64,000 nt of DNA, from positions 14,010,352 through 14,074,351 of the forward strand of contig NC_092678.1 of assembly GCF_964355755.1 (NCBI RefSeq), in the 5' to 3' direction. This document shows positions 45,353-59,249 of the stretch, one piece after another. The stretch's first letter is position 1, and every line of letters starts with the position of its first letter. Below the pieces are notes generated by a model. It ran no database searches, was not told where the DNA came from, and saw only the letters and a list, made by a program, of their open reading frames with translations. The DNA is from Antedon mediterranea. Taxonomy: Eukaryota > Animalia > Echinodermata. Made by a program: the position numbers and the translations under genes.

Positions 45353-48195
45353 AAACCATATAACAATTTAATATGAAACTTGACAAAAAGTTTAAGTTAT
45401 ATCTTGCGCTAACTGACTATAGGGAAAAAATGGCATGTTTTACACGAAGTTACGCGCGCACGCGCGTTTAAAATTTCAAAATGCGAAAAATCAATTTCTA
45501 ATCAACTTTCTACGCGTTTCATGTAATTTTAAGCATGTAAAAAATTCCCACGCGCCCGCATTTTTTTACGCGCATGGTGCGTGCGTTGAAAACAATTTTT
45601 TTTTTGTGATTTCAGTTTTTTCAGCCTTTTCTAGTAATTTTACCAACTTTTAAACAATTTCGACTTAAAACTACGTCATACGGGCACGTTGAATTGGATA
45701 ATTTACGTGCGTTTTTGATGAAAAAGTTTAAAAATTGGTCAAAATTATGCCTTTTTTTAAACAGTCATAGATTCTAAACAACGAGGTGAACTTTTTTTTA
45801 ATTACATATTCTGGAAGTTGAAGAGTTGTAGATATCGGATCATGAATCGATACGGCTAACCAGACATTGTGACGTCATCGTATGGCCACACGAATGTAAA
45901 ATATAGGATTTTTGTCTCTTTCGTTATTGCTCATCATATTCAATGGAGCGCATCACGCCTATCTGTATTCCTTTTTTTCCAAGACTTTAATATTTTCTAG
46001 GTCAATCAACTATCTTACGAATGAGTTAAAAATATTTTAATTTTTATGACGTCATCATGCCTAAAAATTATAATTAACAGGGTCATTAATTTCATCTTTA
46101 CAGTAAATTTTAATCTGTTATAGCTTGTAAGAATAAAAAGCTATAATTATGATTAAAACATTTTCTGGAAGCTATTGGACTGTAGATACGAATTAATGTG
46201 AACATTTTGCCAATCGGATGTTGTGAAGTTATCATATGGCCAGTTGAATAAAAAAAAGCCGTATTTTGATATTATGCGTCATAGTTCATCACATTTAAAC
46301 GAGCACGCATCCATATTCTACGTATTCAAATTTCTTCTACACGTTAATATGTTGTTGGTGAGATAATGTCCTTCCGAAATTGCTATCTTAGTGTTTAATT
46401 TTAATACCGTCACCATGTTAAAAATTGGAATAAACGGTGGGTCCCGTAATTTCACCTATTCTACACTGTATGTAATATGTATACAGATTATACTGTATAT
46501 ACACTATATGACACAAAATAGACAGAATTCAGCACTAACAAGATATGATATTCTTCAGTTCAGGTCATAATGCCATAATCTTTTTCTGTGTGCAATATTC
46601 AAACGTATGACGTGCACGTGGCGTTTGTCGTGCGGATAACTAACTCGTCAAAGTGACGAGTTTCATGTCTAGTGTTATTATTCTTCTTTCTGTACACTTT
46701 TGTGTAACAAATATCTCAAAAACTTGAAGAGCAATGATCACAAAAATTGTACAATGTCTTTCAAATAATTTAACTTAGCCATAATAAGCTTTTCAGTGTG
46801 ATCACTCAACCGTGACGTCAATAATACGCGATTTTGTGAAATCACGCTATCAATCATATCTCCATAATTAATTATCAGATATCAATGAAATTCACTACAC
46901 GTAAACTTCAGGTCAAGGGTAAAAATATAAGCAAATAAAAACTTGCGTGTTTCAAGGTCATGCGCGTGAAATCACACGTTAAAAATTTTAAAAGATCAAA
47001 ATTATGTTTTGATCAAATTAGAGCTTGAATTAGGCCATTTGCGTGTTTCAAAAAATTACTGCGCAAAAACACGTTTTTGCGCACGTGAATTTTAAAAAGC
47101 ATAACAAATAAAATTTGATGTATACATCACATTCTACTCACAATCCTTAGTACATTCACCAAATTTGAGTCCATTTCGACTTAAAATAGTGCTCTACAAG
47201 TACATTACAAATGACAAAATGCACACATTAATTGTACTAAAGTGCTCAAAATGGTAAAAAATAAGGCCTTTTTAAAATGAATATAACTCTTCAGAATGGA
47301 AGGTGACCCCCAATTTTTTTAACTTATTATGGAAGCCAATGAGTTGTAGATATAAATGTATATACACATCAGATGTACAAAATGGTATGACGTCATCATT
47401 TGGCCACATGAATTTTTTAAGTAGTTTTTTTTCACCTTTTGTCAAGACCACTATAATCAACAGAGTGCAACTCGCTTATCTGTGATCGATTTTCTTTAAA
47501 TTTTTAATATATTCTACCTCAACCAATTATGTTACTTATGAGTTACCAAGATTTTCATTTGGATGACGTCATCACGTCTTAAAATTTAAATAACGGTGGT
47601 TACGTAATTCCACCTACAAGGTAAATTTGAATACATTACAGCTCTTCTGAGTTAAAGTTGACCTCAATGTTTATAACTTATTATAAGAGCTGGTGAAATG
47701 TAGATATTAATTCATATAAAAATTAAGCCTATCGGATGTTGTGACTTTATCGTATGGCCAGTTGAATTTAAAAAGTATTTTTTTCATCGCTTTCGTAAAA
47801 GTTATACAATTTTTAAATAGCGCGCACCGCCCTTCTACGTGCCAAATTTTCTTCCAATTGTTATATTTTATTACTCAATTCATTATCTTTCGATATTGTT
47901 AACTTCAAGTTTATTTTGACAACGTCATCATACCAAAAAATTAGAATATGATGTGGGTCCCGTAATTTCACCTATGCTACACTGTATATAGATATACACA
48001 GTACAGTATATACTGTACATATTGTATATGGCATATAATAGGCACAACTCAGCACTATAAGCGTATAATAGGATGGCATACATCAACATTTTCCGATTGT
48101 ATGTTAACATACGTGCATGTTTAAAAAATATGAATGTCAATAAAATGATAAAAATGATCACCTATAATTCGTCAAAGTGACGAATTAAATTCTAG
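44685..48195 (-). mobile_element. Inverted HINE family 3 copy containing a nested family 2 copy (~45100-46672)
   Basis: tgatcacctataattcgtcaaagtgacgaattaaattctag ends at 48195; gcggataactaactcgtcaaagtgacgagtttcatgtctag ends at 46672; both terminal hairpins at 44687-44777. Confidence 0.8.
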
Positions 48196-48196
48196 T

Positions 48197-48425
48197 TTTT
48201 TATTCTTTTATTTTATTTCATACACATCCAACAGCGAGTACAAACTCGCCAATTACAGGATGGATGAACTATTTTATCGTGCTTATAAACTAAGTCTGAT
48301 TTGAGTGTTAGAGAGTGGAGTTAAAAGAGTCTTGAGTTACAACCCTGCCACGAGGTCAGGATTGAACCCTGGACCTTGGGATTGGAAGGCAAGCATGTTT
48401 TAACCACCAATCTACAGCTCCACTA
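48197..48425 (-). mobile_element. tRNA-derived SINE
   Basis: Minus strand gagctgTAGATTGGTGGttaaaacatgcttgccttccaatcccaaggtccagGGTTCAATCCtgac gives A and B boxes; A-rich tail near 48200. Confidence 0.6.
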
Positions 48426-49550
48426 CAATGCGATATGCTATGCTTTTCTGTTCAATGCGCATACTACACTCAGGGAGTGGAAAGAAAAAATAAAAATATA
48501 ATAATTTTCTCGATAGAACCACACTTCCTACACACAGAGTAAATTGAACTTACTGGCATATAATTGCATCACAACGCATTCGCATTAATAGATGAAAGTT
48601 GATCCAATGAATATGATAACAATGTGCAATTCTTTCTGGGTTAATTTCAATGTTAATATAAAACTAATAAACATTTTAAGTAAATCTTCCAAATAATTAT
48701 TTTAATTATATGAATGTAAGAAAAGCAATATAAACATACCTTAAGATAATTGTACATTGATAAAGCTATCCAATTGGACAACAGCTTTGCAGTCACAGAG
48801 TCTGTTCTATAAATGTTAAACAACAATTCAGTTTGAATATGTTGGAAACTTATTTTCACATTTACTGTAACTAACAATAAATACATTGACTTTCATTGCA
48901 CCAACATTAACAATGTACAGTAACATAGTAGTAAACATATTTTCTATTTTCTAGTAAGAATGTGCCCTCTAATTTGCATAGAACACAAGATAATATACAC
49001 AAGATGACCTGAAGTAGTTATGACAGTGAACAACTTTAACAATTTGGTTTGATACTCAATGCAGAAACTAATGCCATCTCAGCAACTCCATTTTGCAAAG
49101 ACAATGATTTTAACATAGAATACATCTGACTCAAAATAATGAGACAGAAGCTATGATTGAGCCACCGTTTTGATCTTTATTGGATCAATAAAGATTGAAA
49201 CGTTGAAAACTGACTTCTCTCTCATTATTTGGATTTAGTTTTCCATGCTATCTAATATTGGATTAAGTTTGTAGATCATCTTGTGTTTTTGTTGTCTTGC
49301 TTTAGTATAATATCGGACATTATTATACGCTGTTGACAAAGGAAAAATAAAAACAAACTGACCTGGCTAGGACTTGCTTGGCTTTATGCGATGACACACA
49401 ATAATCAATGTTGTCAATTAACAACTCCTCAAGTACCCTATAACACAACACAAATTATTGTCAGTTTCATTTATTTACACAATTAATTGTAACCAATAAA
49501 TGTCTATATTTTCTGGATTGTTGTGGTGAAACAAGACTTAAAGACACTTA

Positions 49551-50477
49551 CGCCCGTATTCTTAAACCGGACTTTAGTCGTAGTTCGAAGTTCGACTTGG
49601 AAAAGTCGTAGTTCGAGCTATTACTTCAAATTCGATTCAAAAACGAAGTAGTCGAAGTTTGCAGTTCGACTTAATGAAGTCGAGCTTTTAGTCGAGTTGC
49701 ACACGTCTGGGTAACAAAGGCTATACATTGGCCAATGACAAGAGAGTATTTGAGGAGCAGACGAAATTTTGCGCATTGATATCACTTTCCATTTCTTACA
49801 ACACTTTTTACGCATCAGGACTATATACATGAAAAATAATTTTAATCGTTAATTATTAGAACAATATCAGTATTAATTTAACAGTGAAGTATATTTGATT
49901 AACAACAAATAAAATCTTAAAAATATATTTAGGAACCATGGCGGTACGGTAACTTTTATATTTTCTAGGCCCCCAACAAAGTATGATCGCCACGAACCAC
50001 GCACTTCATAGCGTGACAAGAAAGCGTTAGGCCCCCTAAACATTCCATCGCGTGGTGAATTGCCGCATCTCCCATTGTCGCTATGGCGTGACGTAGCTCA
50101 AGTCGGACTTGCGCGAAGAAAATAATGTAATTTGTATACAGTTGTAAATAAAGATGACTTTCATTATTATAATTTATACCAATGTATATTTAATTAAGCT
50201 AATATAAATATAGATATTTCATTCTTCAATATCTGGCCAATATAACAACTCAATGACTGTTACGTTTTTTATAAACATCGTTTAAAAACCATTTAGTCGA
50301 CCATTTAGTCTGCCCCCTCCAGGACTAAAAAAATCGATCAAAATCCGTCTCGATTTAGTCGAGGTTGGCCTGATTTAGTCGGTGATTTAGTTGAAGTTCG
50401 GTTTATGAATTAAAATGACGTCATTTTTTTAGTTTTAGCTCGAACTACGACTAAAGTCCGGTTTAAGAATACGGGCG
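49551..50477. mobile_element. PIF/Harbinger-type MITE
   Basis: 38-bp perfect TIR cgcccgtattcttaaaccggactttagtcgtagttcga; TTA TSD at 49548-49550 and 50478-50480. Confidence 0.88.
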
Positions 50478-53400
50478 TTAAGGTTGGCTTTCTTCCAGAT
50501 TATGTATTTTATTGTTTTACTGATAATCTGTATTAATGTTTGATGAAGTGTGAAATAAAAACGAAAAAAAAAAAAAAAAAACACGGTTTGAACATTAAAA
50601 TTGTTCAATTTGATTAAGACAAAATGGAAGTGAAATTATTTCCATCAAATGTATTACACTTTAAACCATTGTTTAATTACAACTTTTTGGAAAAAACTAT
50701 TAAAAAACTCTTGTAAGGACAAAATAATATAAGGACTAATTAATATGTTTCTTATATATAAATCTTAGATGTAAAATTATGGGAAAAGTGGCAATTTACA
50801 ATAAAAAATAATCAATGAAAGTATAAACATTAGCATATCTTGCAATCAATTTGGACTACAAGTAGATCACAACTTTATAAGTAAAAAAATGGTTTTTAGA
50901 GGAGTTAACATGCAAATATTTAATCCAACAAAAACATGCTAGGTTATAGAATGTAAGGCTTCATACAATCAAATAGGTTAAGGTGTCTAGCAATAAATAG
51001 TGTTTTATTCACACTATCCTGTATTGTAATAATTATTATTATATGTTATGTACTGTATATAAATTGTTATGTTGTATCTTGAAATAAAAGAATGTTCAAC
51101 ATATGACATTGGTCAACAAGAAAAAAAATATGTTGCCTAACATTGCATTAAATTTAATTAAATGAATTTGAGCTGATTTTGCAATTTAAATTTGGTTAAA
51201 AAACTGTAGACTGTAAATTGTAGACCTGAACTTTTCCATCATTTTGTGTCAATGATAACAGGTTTTGAATTTATAAAGCACACAATTAAGCTAAACTTTA
51301 AAGGTTATCTTCTTTAAAGATGGTTTTAAAAAAACAAATTATATTCAGTTTAAATGAAAAAACAAAAACCACAATATTAAAGTAAAAATAATTTAAAATA
51401 AAACGTTACATCACAATTAATATTTGTCCCCATTTGTTTTTCAAACATGCAGCAAGTTTTCAATAAAATGGAATAAACAACATGAACAACAATATGTATA
51501 GGGAGGTAAACATAAAATGTGGTACAAATAATGTAACCATATCAACAACAAAAAGAATAAAACAGTTTGAATGCAAACAAATTAACTGAACCAAAATGTT
51601 GAGTGCAAAAGGTAAAAAACCCAAACTTTACCACAATGAACTGAAAACTGTAAAAGCTGTGGAGAAATGGTATGATATTAACTTGAGGCAAATAAAAAAA
51701 AAAATATATGTTGTGATACACCTTCTTTGAGACCTCCAATTAAGGGAATACACACCTCTATTAAAACAAACTTTCATGTGAAATGAACAAGGGCAATATT
51801 GTTTCAACATTATGGCCAATTACCTTGTTAGTCCAGTCAATCTATGACAAAAAAGGGCGTAACCCAAAACAAATTGCAATAGTTTCCAAACCTTTTTTAT
51901 TTGATTCTATAAGCATCTGGGAAGATCATTTCCAAAATCTACCAAAATCGGTTCAGTGGAACATACTTTTTAAGGGGTTTTAAGGTCATAGGGGTCAAAT
52001 TACACATTTTTCTATTTTGAAAACTACTAGGCGTAGCATGTTAATTTTGGTGTCAAACTATTCAGAAGACCCATATTTATATGTACTCTAATGAAACCTT
52101 TTTACCAAAAATTACAGGAAAGCATGTTTTTTACCTTTGACCTATTTTATTGTATATTTTCGTATATTCGTATCTTAGTAACCAGTGGGCGTAGATGAGC
52201 GTTATTTGCGTCAAACTACTTAGAAGGTCAATGTTTATATTAGCTCTAATGGAAAAGATTCATGTAAAATGACCGGAAGTCATTATTTTGACCTCTGACA
52301 CATATTCATTATTTTAGATTTCTCAGTAAATACATTTTTTATATCTCAGTAACCACTGAGCACAACTTCGTCAATTTTGTGTCAAAAGATTCAGAAGACT
52401 CATATTTATATTCACTATAATGAAAAAGTTTTTTAAAAAATGGATAGAAACTGTTTTTGACCTTTGACCTATTATACCAGTATATTTGTTTATATTTACT
52501 CTAATGAAAACAAATGCAAATGTACAATATAACCGAAAATCATTATTTTGACCGTTAACATTTTCTAGTCGTGTCATGAATAAATCTCGAGTCTAGAGTA
52601 TAAAATTTTAAATTTGACCAAATAATAAGTGCGGCGATCTGGCAGACGTTGGGCTGGAATATCAACTGATCTTGCCATAGAACAGTGTCTTATGCGTAGC
52701 ATAAAAACAGGAGGAGGTCTAACAAGAGGGCGAGGATTAACTTGTCTGGGTCCTTTCAACTCCAGTCACTACTGTCATGTGAAATGAACAAGGGCAATAT
52801 TGGCCAATTACCTTGTTTAGTGGACACTTTCTTGTGAACAGACAAAGGGTAATGTGTTTTAACACTACGCTAACCACTATTCAGGAAACATCTTAATTAA
52901 GGCAAAGTTTTTTTTTTGAGTTGATGTATACTTTAAAATGCCAAAAAATTATACAACTCTTATAATTTCGGTTTGTAAATTCAATTTGAGACAATATTTT
53001 CTAGTACAGGCTAGATTGTGTCAATATTATAATAATAATATTTGCCTTCATCTTGATTTGTAGGATTATGTTCATTTTTGGAATTTGAAACAGTATATAA
53101 AACATACGTAAAGATGGCTCACTAATAATTGAAATGTGCAGTATTAAGGGTAAAAAACTTACTTCTCTTTAACAGTAACTTTTGAATTGCTGTCCAACAT
53201 TTTGATGAAAGTTAACAAGAAACTCTTGTTAAGAAGAAGCTCTGAAAGTTGTTGTAAACGTTTTGTAATGTTTTCACTATCCTAAGTAAAGTAAATTATT
53301 AGAAAAGAAATAATTACTACACAAATATTTATTTCATATTATTAATTTTATTGATCAGAGTGTTTAAACGCAAGAAATTGGAATGTTGATCGTTGTCGAA

Positions 53401-56400
53401 GAACACTGGGACTTTTAAGACCAAAGATTACCGTACACCTTGCGTTAGATAACTAACCTAACGCTGTGAGTCTGAACAAACAGAAATGTTTGCTGCTTAA
53501 CTGTTACTTTGACCACTATCACTCATCCATATTTATTGCATATGACCATGGAGTACAACTCGGGTTGTATACAACTGAATAGGAAATAGTTGAATGTTAA
53601 GTTTTTTCGTTCATAGTTGTTTTAACTCTTTCTAATTATCACTTCATAATATCAGGCTTGGGAGTGCTTGCCTAATACACTCGAAAAAATGCCCTGGAGT
53701 CGTGCCATTTACTGCACGTTTGGTAAACTTTTACACATGAACAGCAACAGCAAACCTATAGCACACTATGTGCTGAGGAGTACAATGTGTAGCACACTAG
53801 CAATTTTAAAGACACAAAGCCTGTGATATGATATAATATGAGTGGAGAAAATAAACAAACAAACTTACTTTGTTTTGTGAATCTGGAATGTTCAAAGCCA
53901 TTGAACATCATGTTACAGACATATTGTTTGTGAGTAACAAAAGGCATTACAATCCCTTGAAAATCATCTGCCGTCAAATCAGTCAAGTAAACAGTTAAAT
54001 CAGCGAATGCTATTACAAAAATAAATAAAAATGATAAGTTTGTGTTTACTAAATATTTAACCAAATATTCTACACTATGTTATAATGTTCTTTACAAAAT
54101 ATTCACATTTCTATACTTCATTCAATATGATTGTGTTTGTATTTTGAGAAAAATACTTTTTTTTATTGAGGTTGCATGACAAAGCTATATGAAGTCATCA
54201 TTGCTTACAATTTGCAACTGTTGAGTTGGTTAGGACCATCAAACCGGGCAGGGTTGGGTTTCACGGTGCAAATGAAATTGTTGGCCTAAGGATTGTAGAG
54301 TACAGCCAGGTGTACATGTAATAAGAGGCAGTTGTAAAGGTTGTATATTCTGGCCAGTAAGTTTCATCCACTAAAGACACAACAGAATGCCGAGTACTTT
54401 GGCAATAAAAAAAAAAGATGGGAATTTTGTGTACATAATTGAAATATTGGGACATACTTATGAGAATGAATGACATTATACCAGTTTAAAAGTACTAATT
54501 ATGGTAAATTAAATTGTAAATTAAATTATAATGGTAACCTTCAATTTGGTCAGTGTTATGCCCAAATAAGGTCAAGTTATGCTTGAATTAATGATTCACT
54601 CATTCATTTCAACATAAGCTTTTTTGTTTTCTTTGTCATATTGTTTAATCCTTCTTCTATGGATCAGAAGAATGATAAAGAAAAGAAGTATTGCAACACC
54701 TATTACTGAACAAATTACAATAATTATTTCTACTTGAATGTTGGAAGAATATTCGATGGGCCCAAACGTCACATTAATGTTACCATGTTGAATCTGAAAA
54801 GAAAAAAAATTGAATTATAATACTATACACCATTATTTTGTTTTTTGTAAAATAATATTTTGAACTTTTATATTTTGCAGTAGTTTAAAAAAATAGATAA
54901 AAACATTCTAAAAAGCATTTAAAAACATAAATTCTTGGTTATTGTGGAATAGCATTAAAAAAAAACTATCATTAATTTGGATATTATACACATAATGAAT
55001 GTTTATGAGTTGATGGTTGAAAGATTGACTGCTCCCATTTAACGGGTACCAAGAGTACAATCATAGGTGTTATAAAAGCCATTATTTGTGATAAAAGATA
55101 TGTCAATTGCAGAAGATTTGGCAAAATCAGGAGCAGAGTATTTTATTTTGAAATGAGAGGTTACCTCACTTGGCTTTTAATTGAACTAAAAATTCTATAT
55201 AATAATATTATAAAATGTCCTTTTCTGTACCATGCTGTCTTAGAGGTTACTTTTAAAATGAGTAATAATTAGATTATGATTCTTGTGATCTGGTGACCAC
55301 AAACATTTGCAATACATGTACCTTAACTATAGGATGATCTTCACCATCTACTGGATTAGGTTCCTTGTCTGGTACTTCAACAATAACTACTGTACGTGTT
55401 ATTGAATTTACAGTGCATTTAACCCTTCCTATGAAGACTTCAACATCCTCAATGTCACTAGCAAGGTTGATGTCAGAACCCTAATAATAATAAATTACAA
55501 TCAGTAAATAACTGATTAAGGATTTAAAAAGTTCTTTTTCAAATTTTAAAATAAATGTAGCTCAATAATACACTTTACACTGAACAAAAACTAACTAACT
55601 AAATAATTATAAAAATTATGAGATTTGTGTAAATATTTTGTGCAGCAGTAGAAACTAAGTTTGGTTGCTCCTGAGCACGCATTGCATGATGTAAGCACAA
55701 CACAAGTAACTTGACTATTCATGACACGACTGATGGATCAACCATTGCATCATGATAATAGTCAAATTGCTTGCGTTGTCAATTACATCCTTCCATTGTG
55801 TTAAGTAGAGTTGATTTAATGCTTTTACGCAATACACTGCTGAAGAAATAAAACTATATACAGTATTTACCATCAACTTTATAAATTCATCAATATCTTT
55901 GTCATATCTGTATATTCCATCAACTACAGTCTCTCCATAAAAAGAAATATTATCAAAGGGATAATATATTGGATTAGGGTAAACTGAGAATCCAAAATCA
56001 CCACTCAATGCAGGAACGAAACCATCAATGAAAAGGTCAACCTGATGTGGAGAGATCAGCTGGTGGACTTTCACAATCCATCTCTTCATTTGACAGAATT
56101 ATACAGTTCTGAAAAAACAACACATCATTTCTTTATTTATTAATTAAAGAACAATTTACAAGGAATTTTCAAAATAATTAATTAATTTTCATAAAGTCAT
56201 ATACTTTGCTTAAATCTGACAAAACAATTCTACTTAGTAACAATTATAATCAAAATAAATACACAAAAGGCCTATATTGTGTAAATAAGACAGAAGAGAA
56301 AACAGAGTGTTAATGTTGGAAAACAAAAACATGATCTTAAAATTATCTTTACTTGATAATCAGATGCTTTTGGAGATGATTTAATGTACTGAGCATTGAG

Positions 56401-57019
56401 TACAATTACATCAGAGAAGGACTTATGCTTGGTTACTACTAGAGATGCACAAGGACGCATGTAACATAAGTGATTTGACCAATCACAAGCGATTGATTAT
56501 TCCAACTGTTACTTTTCATTGGTCAACTAGCTTGCGTTGGGTCTACATCCTTGAGTTGCGTCTCTAGTGGCAACCAAGCTTTAAAGCACTCAGATTTTAT
56601 GGATGGATTATGGATATATTCTTATGGATGAATGATATGGATGTAAACATTGTTGACTTCTAAGGAAAACCTCTCTTTCTGTTGAAATTTATTATATTAG
56701 AAATGTATATGTATCTAAAGCTTACATTTTCAGCTGATACGATATTTAACAACATCGTTGCTTTCTGTACATATTGGAAATTTGTTCCGGTCACTCTGAT
56801 GTTTTGACCACCTCTGCAAAAATAAGCATTTTAAACATTATCATTACATGGAATATGGTGCTTTAAGTATGAAGGAGTCAATTGATTTTACTTCCAATTC
56901 TTAAAGCCCAACATTGTCACATTGTTTTGTATAATAATTTAATACACTGAGCTTTTGTATCAAGGTCAGTACAGTTTGTATCTTACTATAGTAAAGCAAG
57001 GTCAGTTGGCTTGGAACTT

Positions 57020-58129
57020 TCCATTTTTCATTTTTTTGACACACGATTTTCAGCCTGAATGAAAAATTAAGAATAATTTTGTTAACTGGCATATGTAGAG
57101 TTTCTCAGTTTACTACCACTGCACAGTTGTATATTATATCTATTTGTTGGCCTACTTCTAATTTTAAGTCTAGTTACTTTCACTGTTCGAGTCACTGTCA
57201 GGGCCAAGCCCTAGCTAGGACTAGATAAAGGACCTTATTTTGGAAAGGTAGGAGGAGGGGATTCTTCTGTTGGCCTAATTTTATATATTTTGGTTTGAAT
57301 GGTGGCACTAAAGGAAATAAACCTAGGCTAGTGAATGTGTTAAACTTACCAATTCTATCGTTCTTGTGTTGATATATTTACGATAACAATGGTGATGAAA
57401 TTCAAAATATGGATGCTTTGTTATTATGTCTTCATATGACGCATTAAGAATATCTAGCTCAGATACTAGTTTATTAGCAATATCTTTACAGGTACCATCT
57501 AAGTTTACCCAGGGAAGAGTTAAATTGTAATTTAACTCTTCCCTGGTTTACCCATAACTTGGTACAAGCAACAACCTTATAAAATCGAACTTCCGTAATT
57601 GGAAATGCCGTTTTATCAGTAATGTTTTCATGGTGAAAACAACATTTTATTTGAAGATCACACACGTGGCTTTCATCAATCGAAGCCATGTTGTTGTTTG
57701 TGCACAGTTCATGTCACGCGTCCATATTCACCAAATCGTTAACAATTGTTGTACTAAAATTACGATAATACTGTTTTATTATCAAGTTTCCTGTTATAAT
57801 TAATATACTAAATATCACTGAGCTTATTCAATGTAGTTTTTGTGAATAAATATTTTATTTAATGAATAAAACCTTAATGAAAAAAAAAATTTTTTTGGCT
57901 AAAGGAGTTTCTCGTGTGGAAAAGGTCATGGGTCAACACAATGTAAAAAAATTTTCAAATACTGACGTTGAAATGTGATTTCCTTGTTATATGATACGTT
58001 TTTTAGGTGAAACTTTGTGTTAAAACTTATTACTTTTAAAATATTATTAACATAATTATCATGTAGAGTTTTTTTAGGCTAATGAGACTGGAACGGGATT
58101 GAACGATAGGGTTTTCACCCGATGGCCTA
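57020..58129 (-). mobile_element. Truncated DNA transposon with a TAG terminus and a transposase-like first exon (57349-57689); Academ-like
   Basis: Terminus TAGGCCATCGGGTGAAAACCC at 58129; removing a 36-bp insert gives MASIDESHVC..CCFH..LWVNLDGTCK..FHHHCYRKY..IEL followed by a GTAAG donor. The distal boundary is uncertain. Confidence 0.45.
57510..57545. mobile_element. 36-bp palindromic micro-insertion with a 7-bp TSD
   Basis: gtttacc|CAGGGAAGAGTTAAATT-GT-AATTTAACTCTTCCCTG|gtttacc. Confidence 0.85.
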
Positions 58130-58577
58130 AAATAAATAATGAATTTCTCTATAAAATCATTAACTTAAAATGTTTACCTTTGTTGCATTTGGTAAATTCC
58201 TAATTGGTATTATGACTTCTTTCTGTAATTGTGCATGAATAAGTTCCTCATCTGGTTGATAAATTTGTGGACATGACCCTTGACCTTGAAAACCATTTGG
58301 TGGTGATGCTGCCTACATATTAAAACAATAGCTTATAAGTGATATTATAACAATAATGTCGTAAAACATTTTGAATGCCATAATTACAAAAATAGATAAT
58401 TTTCTGTTTGTTCTTCTCACCGATAACTGTAGATGATCTAATGGAAACTGTTAATACGAACCGTGGTAACTACTGTAAATTACTGACAAAGATCACTAAA
58501 ATATATTAAGAATACACCATTATTCTTACAAGTTCTTTATCTGGCACGGCACCTAATGTTCCATCTGCATAGATTAA

Positions 58578-59249
58578 GGGTATGTTCAGACTCACGGAGT
58601 TACGATGGAGTTATGTAAGCGGCGTACATATTTTTGTGTTTGAACCAGGCCGCGGATTAGCGTTAGGAAGCTGTTACTCCGCGCCAGTGGCGTTATTAAC
58701 TTTGGCTGGAGAGGGTAGATTTAATAACGCTAATCCAGTGATGCATCAGTGATTTTAACCCTAACCAATGAAAAGAAACGACCACGATTAGCAGACAGCA
58801 ACTACATACCTGTACCCTAGTATACAACAGCGAAATAGCTATGTCAAATGTATTTTAGGTTTCCAAGTTTAAAGAACAGTAAAGTTGGTGTCAGTGATAT
58901 GATATTTGCCTAAAATAAATCAATTAATCAGAACATTTTCCGTGTAATAATTATGCTTTAACTTATTTTGAATTAAAATGCAATTCTACAAGTAGCAAGA
59001 ACAAATAAGTATATGTAACATTATATAAATACAAATAACAAAAACCAATTTAACGATGTAAACTTTCATGCATTGTCATAAATGTATACATATTATAATT
59101 CAATCTGTTTTGACCTGATCAGAGTTTTTTAAACGCAAGGCATTGGAATGTTGATCGTTGTGTCTGAACACCTTGGCTTTTAACGCCACAGATCACCGTA
59201 CGCCTTGAATAGATAACTCCACCGTAACTCTGTGAGTCTAAACATACCC
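58578..59249. mobile_element. PIF/Harbinger-type MITE; related fragment at ~53353-53480
   Basis: TAA|GGGTATGTTCAGACTCACGGAGTTACG...CGTAACTCTGTGAGTCTAAACATACCC|TAA. Confidence 0.8.

Noticed and set aside
48340-48425. Functional tRNA-Gly gene
   Set aside because: Stems are degenerate and it continues into a body and A-rich tail, so it is a SINE head.
51774-52818. Direct repeats (tcatgtgaaatgaacaagggcaatattg) as LTRs
   Set aside because: Only ~45-55 bp long, with no TG..CA ends, PBS, PPT or coding remnants.
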